NCBI RefSeq assembly: GCF_009914755.1
Contig: NC_060930.1
Source: the human T2T-CHM13v2.0 reference genome, Homo sapiens
Strand: one strand, 5' to 3'
DNA: 64,000 nt
The notes beneath the pieces were generated by a model. The model did no database searches and had not been told where the DNA came from. It was given only the letters and a program-made list of their open reading frames with translations. Numbering within the stretch: position 1 is the stretch's first letter; the number at the start of each line of letters is the position of its first letter. The translations under genes were made by a program, and so were the position numbers. Shown here piece after piece: positions 58,791-64,000 of the stretch.

Positions 58791-61700
58791 ATTTCCTCTT
58801 AAGCAAGAAACATGGAAATTGTACACATTACTTCTGAAAATACACTGGCAAGCCACTTCTAGTTGCAGGGTAGACTTGGAAAATGAAGTCTAACTGGGTG
58901 ACCCTGTGCCTCCACATTATTCTGGAGGAAGGGGATCACGGAGCTAGGGTCCCCAGTCTGGGAGGCTGGTAGAGAGGCAGCTCGCTGTGCTACTCTGATA
59001 TTTTTAGCTCCGTGGGGGAAAAAGAACTGCTAGACAGAGCTCTGTCAACACAGATCTGACAATCTCATTCAGAAACAAGTTACAGAGACCTCAAGTGATT
59101 AATAAACAAGATTATTCTATAGAACATCTTATGGTGACATAATCAATATGATTTCAACACTCAGCTAATAAATGCTATGAAATACAATTTATGTAAGGTG
59201 TTAATTGACATGTCAGGTTTTAAATACAAAAGGAATGAGGGAGGGAGACATGAATATAGATGGGTGTTATCAGAGAATGACACTTAGATACATTTCATAT
59301 TGTGTCATGTAAACTAATACCTACTTTTTGGGATATTTCTTCATGGTTTAGTTTTTAATGTAGATTCAAGAGTTTTATATATTCAAACTCTTCATGAAAA
59401 AAATTCAGCTCTGGTTATGTACATCCACATTTACAGGAATTGAATTTTTCTTTTTGTACACTTGTGAGTATATTTTTTCCTATGGCAAACGTTTTCCAGA
59501 AAGCAAAAGTTATTTGTGTTACTGTCCCTGATAATCGATGCTGTGTAATAAATCGTTCTCAGCAATGGCAGTTTGGACACTGATGGACAGTTGGTGACTG
59601 GTAATTTGTACAGTATGTTTAGTGGGACGGCGGGCAAGGGGGAAAAGTGGCATTTGGTTCCTCAGTCCCAGATTTGGGTCAATGTTCTCATAATACTGGT
59701 GAGCAAGGAGCCTAATTCTTTAGGAATTTTAAAAGGTTTCTTTTAGTGAAGAACATTTCCCAGGTGTCTAATGAAAAATTATAAATGACCAGGTATAATT
59801 TTGCCAAGCTTTCCAACATAGTTTTCCTTTAGGGTGAGAAACAATCCTTTGATTTTCTTGAAGTAGAAGTCTCTTCTCGAATGCTAACAGTAAAACAAGA
59901 CCTTTTCAGACAGATTTTGTATTTTGCCATCAAATGTGCAATTTTTGAAGATACGGGACTTGAGAATCAGGTAAACTTCGTTCTGAAAACCAGGCTTAAT
60001 TTTATGACTGTGATTAGAAAGTTGAAAAAAAAATCACGTTCTCACAAATGAAAACAAAAGTCAGAGTTCAAACTGTTTATCCTGTTTCTGTAAGCTTTTG
60101 TTTCAGAAGGCCAAGGATTATTTGAGGAGAACCTGGAAAATTAACTCAAATGGAGGAAAAAAATGGCGTTTATGCAAAATGCAGCAAAAGCAGACAGCCT
60201 TGGAGAACTGAAGCTTAAATAGCGTAAGAGTCTGAGTACTAGTCTTCAGATACTTAAAACAGCATTTGATAGACAAGTTAGATATTTAAGGAAACATTTA
60301 ATCAGCTTGGCATCAGCATTAGTGGCTTCAATTTTTGGCTGAGCCTGACTTTGCCATATGATCCTAGACAAATTTGCCTAAAATGGGTGATATTAACTTC
60401 TTTAGGGAAAGGCTCTGTACTGGGATTTTTTTGAGGCCTATGATTTATGGGGTCAAGCTATAAAACAGGAGGAAACACATGCTCATTTGTATAATTTTTA
60501 CATATATTTGGTCCATAATTGTACAGCTAGGCAATTCATTTATTATCTGTTTGAGAGTAAAAGTTTGATTATTTTAATGTTACTACTTCTGGTTTTTTCT
60601 CTTCTCACATGTTCCCAGTGACTCCTTTCTGATAACCCAACTTATCATCATAGAACGCATGTAATGCTGAGAATAAGACACAGGGTCTTGGAAAATGAAT
60701 GACAGCAATGGTGCTCCGATGGCAGTTTTGTCAGACTTTGAATGGTTTATGAAATCACTGTTGATAAAAGTGAACACCTTCTACTGAAGGGAGAAATTTA
60801 GGGGGGAAAAATCCCAAATAGAAGGAGTTAATATCCAAACCTGGAGACTTACCTGGTAAGGTTCACTTAACTGGTAAAATGTGATCCAATTTAAACAAAG
60901 TATTTTTAGTTTTCTCAGAACAAACATCCTACATAAACACAAAAAATGATATGAGACATAGATATAACTTGGTTCACAATATTTTCCAAAACTATAATGT
61001 ACCAGCCAGTTGGTACAGCACACCAGGAGAGAAGATCATTATTAATGTGCTAATAGCAGCATTTTATTTTGAAACCCACTCTGCATGGTTACAGGGCTCA
61101 AAACAACATATTCTAACAGGAAGATACATTACCGAAATATTTTAATGAGAATATTTAATATGCATTGAGAGGTCCGCATTTTCTTGCAGAGACCTTGTAG
61201 GTAGCTCTTTGAGATTTCTGTCTCTATGCATTTAAGTGAAGGAGTTGGTTGGGTATTTTAGTTGGCAAATTTTGCAGACATGTAGCTTTGGTAGTGGAGA
61301 GGTAATAGTACCATGCCCTGCGTGCTGGCGAGGAAGCCCCACAGCAACAGTGGCTTTTAGCAGCTACCAGATTTGCTAAAAGCAGCCATGTCCAATTAGC
61401 AGTAAGTGCCATGCACCTGCAGTTACTAGGAATTGAACCTCTTTTGAGGCTGAATCTTAATGTAGCCTTTTAAAAAAATAGCAAAAATCTTACTCATACT
61501 CTGAGATAATAAAGAAAAATTAGCAATGGCAAAATGGACGCACTCTGAAATGTATTCTTAATAATGATTTAGAATATGGGGTAAATGTAGAGGCAATGAC
61601 ACATTTAAACTGCATTATTTTTAAATACTGTTTTATCAGTTTACTTCCTAATTTTGAATTCAATTTTCATATCTATACTGCAACTGCTTTTTTTTTTTTT

Positions 61701-62538
61701 TTTTAGAAATCTATAATATTGCTGCAGGCTCCCTATGTATGTTTCCATAATTTTCTGCAAAGTGTTTTCACCAGAATAAAAAAAAATTACAGTTCAAAAT
61801 TGCAAAACTGTAGAAAAAATATGCTCTTTGACTTCTTTTCTATGTGTCAAATTCACCACAATGGAAAGGACTACACTATAGAATTAAAACGTTATTTTCA
61901 ACAGATAGTACTTATTTTAACATGTGTTCAGCATTTAAAAATATTTAATATTCTTTTCTAAAAATGCTTACATTCAGAAACTATTTATGAGGGTTCTGAG
62001 CAGTATGATGTTTCTTTCTCTGATTTACTGCTTTTTCTCTTTTAGAGGATATTGTAGGAGAAAAACATTTGTTAAGCAATTTCCAGAACTACTAGGTTCT
62101 AATAAGACCAATAGGCTAATAATTCATTTCATTGCAACTGGAGTGTGTACTTTTCCTTTATTCTCAGTCATAATTTTTTAAAAGAGCCAAGAACACCAAA
62201 TCATCAAATCTAATGTTGAACATGTAGTAACTTTTATTTGCTGATCATACTCTGAGATTCACCATAACGAATAAATCATAAGTATTAAAATTTCAGCTTT
62301 TTAACATACCCACTACACTGCTAGCCTGGTAACACAGTCACCAACTACACAGCTTCTTCAACTGTTGACGTGCTTTAAAGCTAGGATTATGGTATCCTGC
62401 CAAAAAGATCCTACAAACTGTCACTATTTTGGTTTGTCCTGCCAGCCATTGAGAAGTAGACAATTTCTATATACACAAACCAGTTTGGAAAATTTATGCA
62501 AATAGGAAGTTATTCTCAAAATGGGTTATTTGATTGCA

Positions 62539-62835
<297 letters not shown>

Positions 62836-63749
62836 TGATTGTGTTTTAATGTATTGGCTCCCAACCAGTAGCAACAGTTTGGGTGCACAGATATTGCCGT
62901 AGTGTTTCTATTCAATGTGTCAAATTATTTAGGTAAAAGTTTGGCTTAACTTTGTTGACATGGAATTTCTATATCCTCCAGTTTCTGGTTTAACTGGTTT
63001 ATGTGGAAATGAATGGAAACACATGGTTAAGTTCCCCAGCCTCCAGCTTCTCTCTTCCTCTTACCTATATTTGTACTTGCCCACTTTTCCTCTTGTGGGC
63101 CTGTTCCTAGAATCCATTATGTTCTGTGGGTGACATCAGCCTGCTACTGCGGGAAGAAATAGAATTTTATGGTGCCCAAGATAAAATCGACTATGATGAT
63201 GCAGAATGAAGACCTGGAGAGGAGTCAGAGATTGCAGGGGATAAAAAGAGAGAAATCAGAGATGCTCCCACAAACAGAGAAAACCTTCAGAAGCAGCAGG
63301 AAGGACAGAGTAAATGGAGAACAAAAACTCAAGTCAAAATAGTCAATGGAAATAAACAGTTTTGAATTCCAGTTATAATTTGGAAAAGAAGCAAACGTTT
63401 ATTTTAAATTAAGAAAAAAGTCGCTTATAATTTCCTGAAGTTTAGAAAAGTGAAAAATAGTTAAACCTCCTGTTGTTAGCTAAGAAGTGTCTATTATTAT
63501 AAGTTTGTCGCTGGAGAGAACATAAAAATCTCTATCTATTGCTATTTTTTTTTTTTTTTGCATAAGGGATAGATAAAAGAGTGTTTATTTTATTTAGCCT
63601 TTGGCCTGTAAAGTAAGATTTATGAAACAAAGGACAATCGGAAATGATAAGAATTTTTTCCTAATTTCTAATTATTTAGCTAAACCTTGATTGATTTCTC
63701 TCAGGCTAGTGCCCATATTACAGCAGCAGTCAGCCTTCATTTATCTTAC

Positions 63750-64000
63750 CTGGGACCACTGCTAAATCCGATGTCACTTTTCAGTTTTTATATTATGTGA
63801 CCATTTAGCCACATTTCACCTACTTGATCATTCCCTCCATCTTGAGACCTCCCTCGACCCGGCTTCCAACATACTTTGCCCTCCTGGTTTTTCTTTCTCT
63901 GTTGGCTCACTTTCTCAGTCTCCTCTGCTGGTTGCTCCATTTTTCCACAATCTCTCAAAACTGGTGCTCCTCAGATTAAGTCCTTGGACTTCTCTCCTTA
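63750..64000 (+). mobile_element. L2 fragment running off the window end
   Basis: TTGATCATTCCCTCCATCTTGAGAC...CTCCTGGTTTT...TTCTCAGTCTCCT. Confidence 0.65.

Noticed and set aside
60847-60855. ACTTACCTG as a U1 snRNA pseudogene start
   Set aside because: The match does not extend beyond about 10 nt; it is better read as a minus-strand donor consensus.

Overview
Primate (human) genomic DNA with no protein-coding exon. The anchor is a 131-nt untranslated exon at 11072-11202 (+) that I recognise from memory as exon E1 of ESR1 (oestrogen receptor alpha, 6q25.1). It is shared by transcripts from the far-upstream E and F promoters. The rest of the window is therefore 5'-UTR intron of ESR1 on the + strand. 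It is dense in interspersed repeats: about 16 Alus plus a FLAM, one full-length L1PA7-like element on the - strand with decayed ORF1/ORF2, many old L1M, L2 and MIR fragments, and three MaLR solo LTRs. The ORF track is mostly Alu/L1 or chance ORFs. I found no new protein-coding system. The best leads are structural or regulatory: (1) the full-length L1 carries an apparent ~293-nt 3' transduction with its own poly(A) and TSD; (2) its antisense promoter region, an open ORF0-like frame and a strong splice donor all point toward the ESR1 coding exons; (3) a perfect 24-bp-stem hairpin at 14123-14175; (4) an ~210-bp locally templated inverted duplication at 32536-32745/33402-33612. Subfamily names are by eye, and boundaries of old repeats are approximate.
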